The translations under genes were made by a program, and so were the position numbers. A stretch of DNA of 63,303 bases, the filler included, from Squatina squatina (Eukaryota), in assembly GCA_031763465.1 (NCBI GenBank). It is 3 parts of 3 records of this genome, joined end to end, with 100 filler letters (N's around TTAATTAATTAA, not from the genome) between each part and the next. Parts side by side here need not be neighbours in the genome. Positions count along the whole stretch, not along the records: positions 45,180 to 63,303 come from JARFOE010000120.1; 2 more parts are not named here. The stretch is one strand, 5' to 3'. Every line of letters starts with the position of its first letter. Within the stretch, counting starts at the first letter, position 1. A model generated the notes under the pieces. That model was not told the DNA's origin. It ran no database searches and saw only the letters and a program-made list of their open reading frames with translations. Of this stretch, positions 61,770 to 63,303 are shown in pieces.

Positions 61770-62283
61770 AGCACCTCTTTCTCGTCTTATGAAGGAATGA
61801 TGGAGGCGCTAAAAAAACTTTGGGCGTTAAAAGCCTGATTAGTGCCTCCAGCGAAATTCGGCCCCCATTTTCTTTAGGTGTTAAAAATTATCGCCTCTGC
61901 GGCCCGATGAGGTACTAGTTCGCGAGGCGCTAGCTGCTGGTGATGTCATCGCTGCGTGCAATGCCTCCGCAGCATCCCGACAAAAATTCGCCAGTCTTAA
62001 TGCCTCTGCTGGCCTCCAGAAAACAGACTCATTGAGAGAATGGTGAGTGGGGGCAGGGTTGTGTGTGATGTGCTCCTGTCGCTTGAGGGTTGAAAATGAC
62101 TCACTTCCTCCAGTGGAAGGTCTGAGAAACTTTAACCGCTTCAGCTCAGAGGAACTTTCAAAGGCACTCCAACCATCACAATGAGTGCTGTTCTAGTGGT
62201 GGACCATCTGCTTCTGCTCTATCTGAGGGAGTACCTCATCAGAAGGAGAAGGTGGAGACAGGAGCAGAGGCAAAGGCTCCAGC
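61770..62283 (+). mobile_element. GC-rich Harbinger-like element, possibly with the start of a transposase ORF
   Basis: gcgaaattcggcccc motif as in the 33010 family, followed by MSAVLVVDHLLLLYLREYLIRRRRWRQEQ running into a gap. Confidence 0.4.
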
Positions 62284-62634
62284 NNNNNNNNNNNNNNNNN
62301 NNNNNNNNNNNNNNNNNNNNNNNNNNNNNNNNNNNNNNNNNNNNNNNNNNNNNNNNNNNNNNNNNNNNNNNNNNNNNNNNNNNCTGATGTGGAAGAGCTT
62401 TATAATGTATGCCGCTGATGCACCAATACCCAAGAAAAGTTCTCTGCAGGTTAATGCTCACACATTGAAAAAATTAGGTGTGGAGTGAATTCAATTCTCT
62501 TGGAAATGATACTTGCTCAAATTTTGACATTTTCCCTTACAAGATCTTCAGATCACTGATAAATAGCTGATGATGCACCATGTTCTTGGTCAGGAAAGGG
62601 ATTGGGTCTGTGTATAACACGACTCCTAGTTTCA

Positions 62635-62787
<153 letters not shown>

Positions 62788-63268
62788 TCAGTATCCACTT
62801 TAGTTATAATCAAATTAAAGAGTAAAATCAACTTAGAGTAGAATTGAAGAGCAAACAACAGGTAGTCAATACAAACCTCAAAACATCTGAAGTTCTGTTA
62901 GAATCCAGAGGGTGAGGATGGGAGTGCTTGCCAGGAAGTAGTTCATCAGATTGTGCCAGGGAGACATGGTGATGTAAAGAGGCCTATAACCAAGAAAAAG
63001 AAAACAGTAACATTTTAAGCAAGTTCAGCTCAGAACTATAAATACCCATTGAAACAATGTGAATACCACCATTTTAATTATTTAATTACTTCCAATTCAA
63101 TTGCCAGCAGATTTTGTTTTGTTATGAGGCATTTCTTCCGATAGAAGTTTCATACTTAACATGTAGTGAAATGCCTAAATTGTACTCAAGTTTTATTTAT
63201 TTCCCAATACAAGTCATCCCAATATTTCTTACAATAGTCTGGCAGAACATGCACCTCTGATCCAAAGA

Positions 63269-63290
63269 ATGGATGAATGGATGGATGGAA
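63269..63290. repeat. (TGGA)n microsatellite
   Basis: atggatgaatggatggatgga. Confidence 0.7.
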
Positions 63291-63303
63291 TGTTTTTGTC
63301 GGT

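Overview
Eukaryotic vertebrate DNA, almost certainly from a cartilaginous fish (shark-type kappa Ig light-chain C exon, Deu-domain SINEs, CR1/L2/RTE/Penelope and PIF-Harbinger relics). It is not contiguous: ~1-kb contigs are joined mostly by 100-N spacers, two carrying an artificial TTAATTAATTAA linker, so adjacency across gaps is inferred by the assembler. The first ~25.5 kb holds isolated exons of an RXR (last exon), a non-vertebrate-type AANAT-like acetyltransferase, ASB12 with an unidentified antisense exon in its intron, STX6 (exon followed by a U12 AT-AC donor), KIAA1614 (2 exons), an Ig kappa-type constant exon, RNase L (ankyrin domain, apparently one extra repeat) and CEP350 (2 exons). 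Several are orthologues of human 1q23-25 genes. The remaining ~38 kb has no recognisable host coding exons, only transposon fossils and AT-rich non-coding sequence. I see no evidence of a wholly new multi-gene system. The best leads are the RNase L architecture, the NV-AANAT, the nested antisense exon, and a Myb/SANT segment overlapping the STX6 acceptor. Gene identifications are from recalled homologue sequences, not database searches.
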